64,000 nt of DNA from a bacterium (lineage in GTDB: Bacteria; UBA8248), in the NCBI GenBank assembly GCA_965221165.1, contig CBDCRP010000003.1, positions 1-64,000 on the forward strand. The letters are read 5' to 3'. Positions 20,150 to 30,149 of this stretch are shown here, one piece after another. The translations under genes were made by a program, and so were the position numbers. Each line of letters starts with the position of its first letter. Position 1 is the stretch's first letter. The notes beneath the pieces are model-generated. The model was not told where the DNA came from, ran no database searches, and saw only the letters and a program-made list of their open reading frames with translations.

Positions 20150-21202
20150 ATGAACGACGTGACAGATGAAGTAAGAAACGAAGAATCGAACATGAGCGAG
20201 ATGGACGTGGAGCTGGCTCGCGAGATCGGCCTGAAGCGCGACGCCATACTGGAGCAGGTGCACAAAATCATCGTCGGTCAGGCGGAGGTCATCGATCTGG
20301 TTCTGATAGCCCTGCTTTCTAAAGGCCACTCTCTTCTGGTCGGCGTGCCGGGTCTGGCGAAAACCTTGCTCATACGCACTCTGGCCCGCGTGTTGCAACT
20401 CGATTTCAACCGCATCCAGTTCACGCCCGATCTGATGCCCTCGGACATCACGGGTACGGACATACTGGACGACACCACGGAGGGGAGACGCTCTTTTCGC
20501 TTCATTCGGGGACCTATTTTCACCCAGATTTTGCTGGCGGATGAGATCAACCGCACTTCACCCAAAACGCAGGCGGCCCTTTTGCAGGCCATGCAGGAAC
20601 TGCACGTGACGGCCGGTGGGAAGGCGCACTATCTGAATCCGCCGTTTTTCGTTCTCGCGACCCAGAACCCCGTGGAGCAGGAAGGCACATACCCGCTGCC
20701 CGAAGCGCAGTTGGACAGGTTCATGTTCGAGATAGGGGTGTCGTATCCCAGCCTCGCGGAGGAGAAGGAGATCGTCGCGCAAACGACCTCGAACTATGAC
20801 CCGAAGCTCGAAGAGATTATGGACAACGAGCAGATTCTGGCGTTTCAGGGATTGGTGCGGCGTGTGCCCGCGGCTCCTTACGTGGTGGAATACGCGGTGT
20901 CACTCGCGCGCGCATCCCGCCCCGACGATGAAACGGCTCCGGATTTTGTTCGCCATTATGTGGAGTGGGGCGCGGGGCCGAGGGCGAGTCAGTATCTGAT
21001 TCTGGGGGCGCGGGCGCGTGCGCTGCTCCGGGGACGCTACGCGGCCACCATCGAGGACGTGCGGGCGTTGGCCGAACCCGTACTGCGGCACCGGATTCTG
21101 GTGAACTTCCGCGGTCAGGCGGAAGGTCATGGTTCCGTATCCCTGATACGCCAACTGCTCGAGACCATCACGCCCCCGGCGGAGGCCACCGAAGCCGCGT
21201 AG
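20150..21202 (+). CDS. moxR: MoxR-family AAA+ ATPase
   Basis: GVPGLAKT Walker [20 protein letters not shown] Walker [23 protein letters not shown]. Confidence 0.95.
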   Translation: MNDVTDEVRNEESNMSEMDVELAREIGLKRDAILEQVHKIIVGQAEVIDLVLIALLSKGHSLLVGVPGLAKTLLIRTLARVLQLDFNRIQFTPDLMPSDITGTDILDDTTEGRRSFRFIRGPIFTQILLADEINRTSPKTQAALLQAMQELHVTAGGKAHYLNPPFFVLATQNPVEQEGTYPLPEAQLDRFMFEIGVSYPSLAEEKEIVAQTTSNYDPKLEEIMDNEQILAFQGLVRRVPAAPYVVEYAVSLARASRPDDETAPDFVRHYVEWGAGPRASQYLILGARARALLRGRYAATIEDVRALAEPVLRHRILVNFRGQAEGHGSVSLIRQLLETITPPAEATEAA

Positions 21203-21225
21203 ACGCCTCCTCTAAGGGGATCGCT

Positions 21226-22119
21226 TTGAACTCGGATATGTATTTCGACCCCGTCGTCATCTCACGATTATCCAATCTCCAGCTACGGGCCCACCACGTG
21301 GTCGAGGGCTTGATGAGCGGCGTGCACAGGAGCCGTTCACGGGGCTTCAGTGTCGATTTCGAGGAACACAGGGCGTACAGCCCGGGCGATGAACTCCGGC
21401 ACATCGACTGGAAAGCTTATGGGAAATTCGACCGCTACCTTGTGAAACAATATGAGGATGAGACGAACCTCTACGCGCATCTCGTTGTTGACGCCAGCGC
21501 TTCGATGGATTTCGGGGATGGTCCCCTGAGCAAGTGGGGATATGCTGCCACGCTCTCCTCATCGATGGCGCACTTGCTGCTGGGTCAGTCCGATTCGGTG
21601 GGCTTGGTGATTTCCCATGATGCGGAAGATACGCAGGTCCCGCCCAAGGCCGTCAAGAGACACCTCCTGGTCCTTTTGTCGGGCCTTCAGGCGGCCACGC
21701 CCGGCGGGGGAACCGGAATCGCCCGCTCGATGCTCGCCCTGGCGGAGCGCTTGAAGCGAAGGGGACTCGTCATCATCGTTTCCGATCTGCTCGATGACCC
21801 CGAAAGCGTGGAAAAAGCGCTCAAACTGCTGTGCCTGAAGGGAAACGACGTCATCGTCTTCCATATTCTCGACAGCGTGGAACTCGATTTTCCTTTCGAG
21901 GGCCTCGCCAGGATGGACGACGTCGAAACGGACAGGAACATCACGGTGGAATGCGAGGTGGTGAAAAGGCCCTACCTCGGGCTTTTGGAAGAGTTTCTGG
22001 AGCAAACACGCGAGCGATGTGCGGATATGGGGGTGGACTATCATCTCGTCTCGACGGCCGAGCCGCTGGATAGAGGCCTCATCCGCTTTCTGGCGTGGCG
22101 CAGCCGCTCGAAGGTGTAG
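21226..22119 (+). CDS. DUF58 (vWA-like) protein
   Basis: GVHRS...FEEHRAYSPGDELRHIDWK, DASASM, VSDLL. TTG start after AAGGGGA; ATG 21238 is an alternative. Confidence 0.92.
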   Translation: MNSDMYFDPVVISRLSNLQLRAHHVVEGLMSGVHRSRSRGFSVDFEEHRAYSPGDELRHIDWKAYGKFDRYLVKQYEDETNLYAHLVVDASASMDFGDGPLSKWGYAATLSSSMAHLLLGQSDSVGLVISHDAEDTQVPPKAVKRHLLVLLSGLQAATPGGGTGIARSMLALAERLKRRGLVIIVSDLLDDPESVEKALKLLCLKGNDVIVFHILDSVELDFPFEGLARMDDVETDRNITVECEVVKRPYLGLLEEFLEQTRERCADMGVDYHLVSTAEPLDRGLIRFLAWRSRSKV

Positions 22120-22143
22120 CGAGGCGTTTGGGAGAAGGCGAAC

Positions 22144-24276
22144 TTGAATTTTCAATTTTTACACGGCGCGCTTCTTTGGGGGATGGGACTCGTTTTTCTG
22201 CCCATCCTGATTCACCTGCTGCGCAGGCGCCTCGTTCGCAGGTACCGGCTCCCCACTTTCGAGTTCCTGCTCAGAACACAACGCCGCATCACGAATCGCA
22301 GCAGGCTCAGAAACTGGATACTCCTGTTTTTGCGGGTGTGCGCCGTGGGAATCGTCATCTTCCTGGCGTCGCGCCCTCTCCTGGCGACCGAAGGCGGCGT
22401 GTCTGGCGGCGGTTGGTTTCCGGCCCACACCGTCGCCGTGATCGACAACTCGGCGAGCATGGCGTTTTCCACCGCAAAGGGCAGTCGTTTCGACGTGGCC
22501 AGGCGCGCCGTGAAGCGGATGATCGAGGACATGTCCGATTCGGATCGCATGAGCATCGCGACGACCGTCGGTGAATCTCTTGCCGTTCCGCTGAAGGAAT
22601 TGAAGCGAAAGGACGCCCTGGCGGCGCTTGAGGGAATCGGCCAGACCGACGGCAAGGGTACGCCGGCTCGTGTCGTCCAGCATGCGCTCGAGAACGCATC
22701 GCCCAAGGCTGGGCGGAGTAGCATCGTCGTTTTCAGCGACTTCGCCCGAGGCGATTGGGAATCGTTTCAGATTCGCAATCTCAAGCAATGGAACCCGCAC
22801 GCGCATCTGCAGTTCGTGCGTGTGGCTCCCGAGGCGGGGGTGGAGGATGTGAGCCTCCAGGATGTGAAGATGAAGCCTTGGCCCCCCAAGGCCGGTTTTT
22901 CCTTCACCATCGGCGTGCGCGTTTTCAACCGGGGTGAGGAGAAGAAATCCAAGGTGCCCGTGCAGCTGTACGTGGGCGAAGAACTGCAGGAAACGCTGGA
23001 AGTGGACATTGAGCCGAACGGGACGAGTCCCGTGAGTTTTCGGGTGAATGCGCCTGAAAAGGGCCTGCTCTACGGACGCCTCCAGTTGCCGGCGGATAAC
23101 CTCTCCACGACGAACCGATTCTACTTTGCGGCAGGCATCGGCAAGCGTCTGCGCGCTCTGGTCATTGATGGGGATCCAAAGCGAGGGCTCCAGGACAGCG
23201 AGACCTTTTTCGTCGTCAATGCCCTGAGCGCGGCCCCTCTGGGCGGAGAATCCCCGGTGCTTACGCGCGTCGTGGCGTCTTATGAACTGAACAACGTGCA
23301 ATGGGACGAGTACGACTACGTCATCGCCTGCAACCTGGGCCGCTGGCCTGAGCAGGGCAGGCAGGGATTGAGGGATTTCGTTGAAAAAGGCGGCGGCCTA
23401 TTCTGGGCCACGGGCGAGTTGTCGAGCGAAAAGGCTGCGGGGTTCGGCTGGCTCCCGGCGACGCCGGGAGGACCCGTAACGCTGCGCCCGTCCCGGAGCC
23501 TCAAGATCGCGCAGGGCGAAGAGGCGCACCCGGCCTTCTCTTTGCTGGGGGTGAACGGCGGGCGGTTTTTCTCCGCCTTGCGTCTGGCCCGCATCACGCC
23601 GCTTGAGCCAGCGAGAGGTGGACGGACTTTGCTGGAGCTTCCAGACGGCACTCCCGCCCTGGTGGTTGGTTCGGTGGGTTCAGGACAGGTGATGGTGTGG
23701 GGCTCCACGTGTGATCGTGATTGGGCAGACCTCGCCGTGCGGCCTGTTTTCGTGCCGTTCATGAGAGGAGTCTCGGACTTTCTGGGTGGCACCCGAAAGG
23801 GCATATCCTCGTCTTCTGATGCGGGGGAGGCGTTCGAAATCAGGGCGCCCATCCGGCGTGCCGGGGAGGCGATACAGATACGCGGGCCGGCTCAGGAAGA
23901 ACGCGCGATTCAATTCATGGAAAAAGCACCGGGCTTGGAAACCGCGCCCGCTGATGGGCTCAGGCTGGGCAAGGCGGGAAGCGGCGGCGCCGTCGCCTAC
24001 TACCGGGATGCCTACCGCGCGGGCTTCTATCGCGTGCTCACGCCCGATGAAAAGCATTTCGTGGCCGTGAACGCGCCGGCATCTGAGGCGAAAATCTCCC
24101 CCGTGGAGATGAGCACGTTCAAGGATAAGCTCGAGAAACTCGACGTGCGCGATTTGCCGGCGAACGATTCGGATCCGCTGCGTTCGATTCTAAGGCTCAT
24201 CGACTTGGGCGCGCTTCTTTTTCTCGTGCTGGGGGGGATATTCGTCGCCGAGGCGTTCCTGGCGGACAGGACCTGA
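22144..24276 (+). CDS. BatA N-terminal domain plus vWA membrane protein
   Basis: LPILIHLLRRR...F BatA motif, DNSASM MIDAS, FSDF, FVEKGGGL, C-terminal TM. Confidence 0.88.
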   Translation: MNFQFLHGALLWGMGLVFLPILIHLLRRRLVRRYRLPTFEFLLRTQRRITNRSRLRNWILLFLRVCAVGIVIFLASRPLLATEGGVSGGGWFPAHTVAVIDNSASMAFSTAKGSRFDVARRAVKRMIEDMSDSDRMSIATTVGESLAVPLKELKRKDALAALEGIGQTDGKGTPARVVQHALENASPKAGRSSIVVFSDFARGDWESFQIRNLKQWNPHAHLQFVRVAPEAGVEDVSLQDVKMKPWPPKAGFSFTIGVRVFNRGEEKKSKVPVQLYVGEELQETLEVDIEPNGTSPVSFRVNAPEKGLLYGRLQLPADNLSTTNRFYFAAGIGKRLRALVIDGDPKRGLQDSETFFVVNALSAAPLGGESPVLTRVVASYELNNVQWDEYDYVIACNLGRWPEQGRQGLRDFVEKGGGLFWATGELSSEKAAGFGWLPATPGGPVTLRPSRSLKIAQGEEAHPAFSLLGVNGGRFFSALRLARITPLEPARGGRTLLELPDGTPALVVGSVGSGQVMVWGSTCDRDWADLAVRPVFVPFMRGVSDFLGGTRKGISSSSDAGEAFEIRAPIRRAGEAIQIRGPAQEERAIQFMEKAPGLETAPADGLRLGKAGSGGAVAYYRDAYRAGFYRVLTPDEKHFVAVNAPASEAKISPVEMSTFKDKLEKLDVRDLPANDSDPLRSILRLIDLGALLFLVLGGIFVAEAFLADRT

Positions 24277-24339
24277 AGACGCCGGAAATTTTAGGTGATT
24301 TTGCTCGGCAGGTTTGATTCGAGCGCACTATTGATTCGC

Positions 24340-24398
24340 GTGGTCCCGTGCCGCTCCACCCCAAATCGGGGCGGAGCGGCTCGGGCGGACGGGACCAC
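24340..24398. other. Long GC-rich stem-loop after the MoxR operon
   Basis: GTGGTCCCGT/ACGGGACCAC outer stem and GCCGCTCC-CCCC/GGGG-GGAGCGGC inner stem; no U-tract. Confidence 0.55.
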
Positions 24399-24610
24399 TG
24401 GAACTTATCCTTGGAACAATATGATTTTGAAGGCGATACATCGCCTGCCTTTTCCGTACTCATTTTCACACAAAAGCAGACGTGGTATCAAGTGAAAAAT
24501 GTATTGCGTGCATGATACGTCGCTTTTCCATAGGTGCTTATATGGTAATATATTGAGTAACTTCTCGAAAATGACGGACAACTAATTGATATTTGGAGGT
24601 TAATTTCGTT

Positions 24611-25447
24611 ATGGGGATATCACGGGATGAAATCTTGGCCCGCTTGCGGGCCGAGAGGGACGCCGGGCGCGCCGTCTACGACGCGCTGTGCGGTAGCGGC
24701 ATCACGGCGAAATTCGCCGCGCGCGGCGGAGCGGACCTCGTCACAACCTTCAATCTCGCCTACTACCGGATGCAGGGCTTAAGCTCGATGGCGGGCTACC
24801 TGCCCATCGGAGATGCGAACGCCATCACGCTCGAACTGGGTGAGCGCTCCATCTTGAACGTGGTGAGGGAGTGCCCCGTCATCGCGGGCCTTCTGGGCGC
24901 AGACCCCACGAGAGACATGTTCGCATTCGTGGACAGTATCGAGGCGGCGGGCTTCCACGGGGTGATGAACTGCCCGACGATAGCCTTGATCGATGGAAAT
25001 TTCAGAAAAGATTTGGAAGAAACCGGTATGGGCTATTCCAAAGAAGTGGACGTTCTGGGATACGCGAGCCGCAAGGGCATGTTCACCAAAGCCTTTACGA
25101 CCACGCCGGATGAGGCCCTCGCCATGGCCGAAGCGGGCGTGGACAACATCATCATCCATTTCGGGAACAGCTCGGGCGGCTCCATCGGTTCGAAGACGGT
25201 GATGCCGCTCGATGATGCCGCTCAACGAGCGGCAGCCATTTTCGACGTTCTCTTGCCGAAATATGAAGAGAGAATCTTCACCTGCCACGGGGGCGCGATA
25301 GAAACCCCCGCCGATTTCGAGCGGCTGCTCGATTTGGAGAGCCGCTTCGATGGCTACGTGGGCGGCTCCTCCGCCGAGCGTTTTCCAGTGGAGGATGCGG
25401 TGCCCAAGGCGGCGCAGGGCTTCAAGTCGGTTCGGTTGCGGAAATAG
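24611..25447 (+). CDS. TIM-barrel protein, PEP-hydrolase-like / Tm-1 C-terminal (TBST) family
   Basis: GSGITAKFAARGGADL, YRMQGLSSMAGYLPIGDAN, PTIALIDGNFRKDLEETGMGY, CHGGAI, GGSSAER; GGAGGT RBS. Confidence 0.9.
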   Translation: MGISRDEILARLRAERDAGRAVYDALCGSGITAKFAARGGADLVTTFNLAYYRMQGLSSMAGYLPIGDANAITLELGERSILNVVRECPVIAGLLGADPTRDMFAFVDSIEAAGFHGVMNCPTIALIDGNFRKDLEETGMGYSKEVDVLGYASRKGMFTKAFTTTPDEALAMAEAGVDNIIIHFGNSSGGSIGSKTVMPLDDAAQRAAAIFDVLLPKYEERIFTCHGGAIETPADFERLLDLESRFDGYVGGSSAERFPVEDAVPKAAQGFKSVRLRK

Positions 25448-25505
25448 GGCGCAGGTGCGTCGGGCGTAATCTTGGAGAAGGCAAATTTTGTCAGGTAAGG
25501 GGAAA

Positions 25506-26753
25506 ATGTCGATTCCGACTGTAGCGATTTTAGTGACGATGGACAGTAAGGGGGCGGAAGCGCGCTTTCTGGCGGATGTGCTCGCAGAATCGAGTGTAAA
25601 CTCCCTTCTGGTCGACTTGTCCTGCAGGCCGCACGACGCTGGCGGCGGGGATGTCCGCGGGGTCGAGGTGGCGGCCGCGGCGGGACGCAGTTGGGAAGAG
25701 CTGGGCGGCATGGAGAGAAACGCCGCTTCTGAAATCATGATGGAAGGCGGCAGGCGGATTCTGGCCGAAAAATTTCAGGCAGGTGAAATACAGGGCGCGG
25801 TCGGCCTCGGCGGGGCGAACGGCACCTCGATGGCCTGCGCCATCATGCGCGTACTGCCGCCCCTCGCGCCCAAGGTGATGGTGAGCGTCGTCGCCGCCAC
25901 GGCGGCCGTGCAATGGTATGTGGCGGAGAGCGACATCATCATGTTTCCCTCCATCGGCGATATATCTTTGAACCGCATCACACGCGGCGTATTGAAAAAC
26001 GCTGCCCTTGCTCTCGCGGGAATGGTGAAGCGAGAAGGCGCAGCGGTAATGAGCGAACTCTCCGGACCGCCCCTCATCGGGGTGTCGTCCTTCGGCGGCA
26101 CGGCGGCTTGCGTCGAGCGCGTGGAGAGAAAACTCACGGAGGCGGGCTATGAGGTCATATTCTTTCACGCCTCGGGCCCCGGGGGCCGCGCGCTCGAATC
26201 CCTGGCCGGGCTGGGAGAATTGGCCGGCGTGGTGGACGTCACGACGCACGAACTCACGGATTTGCTCGTGGACGGCGTCTACAGCGCGGGCGCGGGGAGG
26301 CTGGAGGCGGCGGGTGCGGCGGGCATTCCCCAGGTCGTGGTGCCGGGCGCGCTCGATCACGCGAATTTCTGGACGGGGCAGGTGCCCGAGAAGTATCAAA
26401 AAAGAGCGTTTTTCCAGTACAACGCCCAGAATCTCCTGATGCGCACCAACCGGGAGGAGTTCGAGGCTCTGGGCGTCCTGATGGCGGAAAAGCTCAACCG
26501 CGCCCAAGGGCCTCTCTCGGTCCTGATACCCACGAGAGGCTACAGCGAGCACACGAAGCGAAAGGCTCACGATTTGGACGGATGCGAGGTGGGTGACTGG
26601 CGTCAGCCTGAAGTGGACGCCGCTTTTGCGGCCTCGCTTAAGGAGCACCTGAAAGCGGGGGAAATCATCACGCTCGACCTCCACATCAACGATGCGGCCT
26701 TCGCCGATGCGTGCGCTGAGAAGATGGTCGAGATGCTGGGGCGGGGCGGATAA
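25506..26753 (+). CDS. Tm-1-like ATP-binding domain protein (UPF0261)
   Basis: TMDSKGAE, GLGGANGT, PKVMVS, FHASGPGGRALE, DVTTHELTD, GIPQVVVPGALD, HINDAAFA. TTG 25488 is an alternative start. Confidence 0.9.
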   Translation: MSIPTVAILVTMDSKGAEARFLADVLAESSVNSLLVDLSCRPHDAGGGDVRGVEVAAAAGRSWEELGGMERNAASEIMMEGGRRILAEKFQAGEIQGAVGLGGANGTSMACAIMRVLPPLAPKVMVSVVAATAAVQWYVAESDIIMFPSIGDISLNRITRGVLKNAALALAGMVKREGAAVMSELSGPPLIGVSSFGGTAACVERVERKLTEAGYEVIFFHASGPGGRALESLAGLGELAGVVDVTTHELTDLLVDGVYSAGAGRLEAAGAAGIPQVVVPGALDHANFWTGQVPEKYQKRAFFQYNAQNLLMRTNREEFEALGVLMAEKLNRAQGPLSVLIPTRGYSEHTKRKAHDLDGCEVGDWRQPEVDAAFAASLKEHLKAGEIITLDLHINDAAFADACAEKMVEMLGRGG

Positions 26754-26857
26754 ATCAGTACGCCTCCATCGTGGTGGGTCTTTTGCTCCGAATTGTTTTA
26801 AGATGCCCTCCATAATCAGTATTCTTTCCAAATCATTGGCGCGAAAGGACCATTCAG

Positions 26858-28594
26858 ATGGCGGGAAACATCGCTGAAGAACGCCACGAGACCGACGTGC
26901 TGATCGTGGGAGGGGGTGCGGCGGGCACGATGGCCGCCTTCGAGTGCGCGCAGGCGGGCGTGAGTGTTATCCAGGCCACCAAGGGTCGGGCCACGAGCGG
27001 CACGACAACCGTGGCGAGGGGCGGGTTCGCCGCGGCGATGGCCCCTGGAGACAGCCCCGATCTTCACCTGCAGGAAATCCTCAAATACGGCGGCGAGCTC
27101 ATCGACCCCGAACTGGCGAAAACCTGGGTGTACGACATCATCGACGTCGTGCGCGACCTGCGCGAATGGGGAGCGGAGTTCATCACGGACGATGAAGGCG
27201 ACCCCGACCTCAAGATGTTCCCGAGCCACACCTATCCCCGCGCCCTGCACCACCACGACACCACGGGCAACATGGTCACCAAGGTGCTCTCGAAAAGGCT
27301 CAGGGGTGACGCCCGCATCGGGCAGCATCCCCATGTGGCTATTGTGGATCTCATCATGGAGGAAGGCCGCGTCATCGGCGCCTGGGGGGTGGACTACTCG
27401 CGCGGCTGTCTCATGGTCTACGCCGCGCGCGAGGTGATTCTGGCCACGGGAGGCGGGAGCGGCCTTTTCTACGTGAACGACAACCCGCCGCAGGTGACGG
27501 GCGACGGCTACGTGCTGGGCTTCCGGGCGGGCGCTCCTCTCCTCGGCATCGAGATGATCGATTTTCAGGCCATGTGCTGCGCGCCAGAGGAGCTTTTCGG
27601 CTTCGCTCCCCATCCGACGGGGTTCATCAACGCGGGCGCCATATTCCTGAACCAGGAGGGAGAAGCGTTCTTGAAGCGCTATTTCCCGGACACGGCGGAG
27701 AAAAGCACGCGCAGCGAGGTCATTCTCGCGATGGCGAAGGAAATCCACGCGGGCCGCGCGGGTCTCACGGGCGGCATCTATATGGACGCCACCCGCGTCC
27801 CCATGGAAACGATTCAAAGACAGATTCCCCATGTATACAAAACGTGCCTCTCGCGCGGCATCGACATCACCAAGACTCCCCTGGAGGTGGCTCCCGGCAG
27901 CCATACCTGGCTCGGGGGGCTTGAGATCGACGTCGACGGGAAAACGCGCGTGCCTGGCCTTTGGGCCGCGGGCGAGACGGGGGGCGGCATCCACGGCGGA
28001 AACCGGATCGGCGGTTCAGCACTCTCGGCCTCGCTGGTCTACGGAAGGCGGGCCGGAGGGGCGGTCTCCGCACAGGTGAAAGAGAGTGACGGTGACACAC
28101 CGCCGGTTTTCGGGGGCATTCCCGAAACCGAACGCGCCTGGCTCGAAGCGCTCATCCACCGCAAAGAAGGCCCCCTCCAGAAGGACGTGCGCATGCGCTG
28201 CCGGATGCTCGCACACGAGAAGCTGGGTCCGTTACGAGACGCCGAGGGCTGCCAACATGCGCTGGATGAGTTTGAACGCATCGAGAGCGAGGAAATGCCC
28301 CGCATGCGCCTCGATGCGGGCGCGCGCTCATCCGAGAAAACAAAAGGCCAGGAACTCGAGAGCGCGCTATCGGTCCGGAATCTGGCGCTTCTGGGGAAAC
28401 TGCTCGCCACCGCCGCCCTGAACAGGAAAGAGAGCCGGGGCGCCCACTTCAGGCTGGATTATCCCGAGACGAACGAGGCGGATTGCAGTTTCGTGACGCG
28501 TCTCACGTACGGTGAAAAGGGTGAAATTTTATTTGAGAAAGACCCGCTGAAAATGTATTCGCCCGGGTCGGCGCAAGAGCAGTTGGCCCGTTAG
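26858..28594 (+). CDS. SdhA/FrdA/NadB-family flavoprotein, substrate unknown
   Basis: GGGAAG, LATGG, TGDG, HTWLGGL, AAGE, HGGNRIGGSAL, RKESRGAHFRLDYP. Confidence 0.88.
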   Translation: MAGNIAEERHETDVLIVGGGAAGTMAAFECAQAGVSVIQATKGRATSGTTTVARGGFAAAMAPGDSPDLHLQEILKYGGELIDPELAKTWVYDIIDVVRDLREWGAEFITDDEGDPDLKMFPSHTYPRALHHHDTTGNMVTKVLSKRLRGDARIGQHPHVAIVDLIMEEGRVIGAWGVDYSRGCLMVYAAREVILATGGGSGLFYVNDNPPQVTGDGYVLGFRAGAPLLGIEMIDFQAMCCAPEELFGFAPHPTGFINAGAIFLNQEGEAFLKRYFPDTAEKSTRSEVILAMAKEIHAGRAGLTGGIYMDATRVPMETIQRQIPHVYKTCLSRGIDITKTPLEVAPGSHTWLGGLEIDVDGKTRVPGLWAAGETGGGIHGGNRIGGSALSASLVYGRRAGGAVSAQVKESDGDTPPVFGGIPETERAWLEALIHRKEGPLQKDVRMRCRMLAHEKLGPLRDAEGCQHALDEFERIESEEMPRMRLDAGARSSEKTKGQELESALSVRNLALLGKLLATAALNRKESRGAHFRLDYPETNEADCSFVTRLTYGEKGEILFEKDPLKMYSPGSAQEQLAR

Positions 28595-28618
28595 ACACGG
28601 CAAGGAGAGGAATGAAAG

Positions 28619-29506
28619 ATGGCGCAAGCGAAAGTAGGCGTGGTGGGTTTGGGGAACATGGGGCGCGGCGTCGCCGGTAATCTGCACAAGGCGAAAATGC
28701 CTTTGATGGTCTGGGACGTGGCCCCCGAGGCGAGGGAGCCATGGGAGAAAAAACGAGGCGTCGAGGTAATGGAGCCGGGCGAGATGGCCGCTCAGGCGGG
28801 CATCATTTTCTTCGTGGTCCCGGGGTCGCCGGAAATCAATGAATCTTTGAAGGGGAAGACGGGTGTTCTGGCGAACGCGCGCAAGAATCTTGTGCTGTAT
28901 GATTTCACGAGTTCGGACCCCGCTGTGACCCGGCGGATTGCCCGGCGCGCGAAGGCGAAGGGGGTGGCTTATCTCGACGCAGGCATGAGCGGCGGCGCTA
29001 CGGGTGCGGCCGCAGGCACGTTGACGCTCATGATAGGCGGGGATGAGAAGGCGTATCGCCGGACGAAAAGATTTTTGAAGCCGATAGCGGACGACCTTTT
29101 CCATCTGGGCGAAAGCGGCGCGGGCCATGCCATGAAGCTCATCCACAACATGGTTTGCCACTCCATCTTCATGGCGACTTGCGAGGGAGGAAAACTCGCG
29201 GAGAAGGTGGGACTCAAGGTGGAGGACATGATCGACGTGTTCAACGTATCGAACGCGAGGAGCTACGCAAGTCAGTTCCGCTTCCCGAACCACATATTGT
29301 CCGAGAAATGGGACGGCAAGTCGCGCGTCTACAACATGATCAAGGACGTCGGCATGGCTGTTAAAATGGGCAAGAAGCACAGGGCGCAGACGGTGCATGG
29401 GGAAGCAACGCTCGAGTTTTTAGAAAAAGCCGTAAAACGCGGGATGATCGAAAAAGATTTCACCCTGTTGTATCGTGATTACGAGAAGGTTTCGAAGACG
29501 CGCTAG
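28619..29506 (+). CDS. Beta-hydroxyacid dehydrogenase (3-hydroxyisobutyrate dehydrogenase family)
   Basis: GLGNMG, DAGMSGGATGAAAGTLTLMIGG, GAGHAMKLIHN. Confidence 0.9.
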   Translation: MAQAKVGVVGLGNMGRGVAGNLHKAKMPLMVWDVAPEAREPWEKKRGVEVMEPGEMAAQAGIIFFVVPGSPEINESLKGKTGVLANARKNLVLYDFTSSDPAVTRRIARRAKAKGVAYLDAGMSGGATGAAAGTLTLMIGGDEKAYRRTKRFLKPIADDLFHLGESGAGHAMKLIHNMVCHSIFMATCEGGKLAEKVGLKVEDMIDVFNVSNARSYASQFRFPNHILSEKWDGKSRVYNMIKDVGMAVKMGKKHRAQTVHGEATLEFLEKAVKRGMIEKDFTLLYRDYEKVSKTR

Positions 29507-29534
29507 TAAATCTCTTGGAGAGCGGGGTTTTCCG

Positions 29535-30149
29535 ATGAAACTGGTGGTGGGCGTAACGGGTGCTTCCGGCTCGATATACGGCGTGCGCCTCATGGAGGTG
29601 TTGCACGATGCGTATCCCGAAGTGGAGACCCACTTGGTCGTCTCCAAGGCGGGTATCCGCGTCCTGGCCTATGAGACGGATGTGGACCTTGCCGGGCTGT
29701 CTTCGTGGGCGAGCGTCGTTCATCCCGAAAGCGACATCGGGGCGCGTCCCGCGAGCGGGAGCGCTGGTTTCGATGCGATGGTGATAGCGCCTTGCTCCTT
29801 GAAGACGCTCGGGCAGATAGCCACAGGCACCGGCGAAAACCTCATCTGCCGCGCGGCGGACGTGATGCTCAAGGAACAGAAAAAACTCGTTCTTCTGCCG
29901 CGCGAAATGCCGCTTTCGGCGATTCATCTCGAAAACATGCACAAACTCGCGTTGATGGGGGTTTTCATTCTTCCTGCATCGCCGGGATTCTACTTCAAGC
30001 CCCAGACGATGGAGGATTTGATCGATCACGTCGTGGGCAAGACCCTGACGTGCCTGGGGCTCGAGCAAAACCTTTTCGAGCAATGGCGGGGTCAGCACCC
30101 CGAGCGCAAGAGCCTCGCGGTGCGTCAGAATGGGGAGACGAGCGAATGA
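29535..30149 (+). CDS. ubiX: Flavin prenyltransferase UbiX
   Basis: GVTGASGSIYG, APCS, NLICRAADVMLKE, PREMPLSAIHLENM, PGFY. Confidence 0.93.
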   Translation: MKLVVGVTGASGSIYGVRLMEVLHDAYPEVETHLVVSKAGIRVLAYETDVDLAGLSSWASVVHPESDIGARPASGSAGFDAMVIAPCSLKTLGQIATGTGENLICRAADVMLKEQKKLVLLPREMPLSAIHLENMHKLALMGVFILPASPGFYFKPQTMEDLIDHVVGKTLTCLGLEQNLFEQWRGQHPERKSLAVRQNGETSE

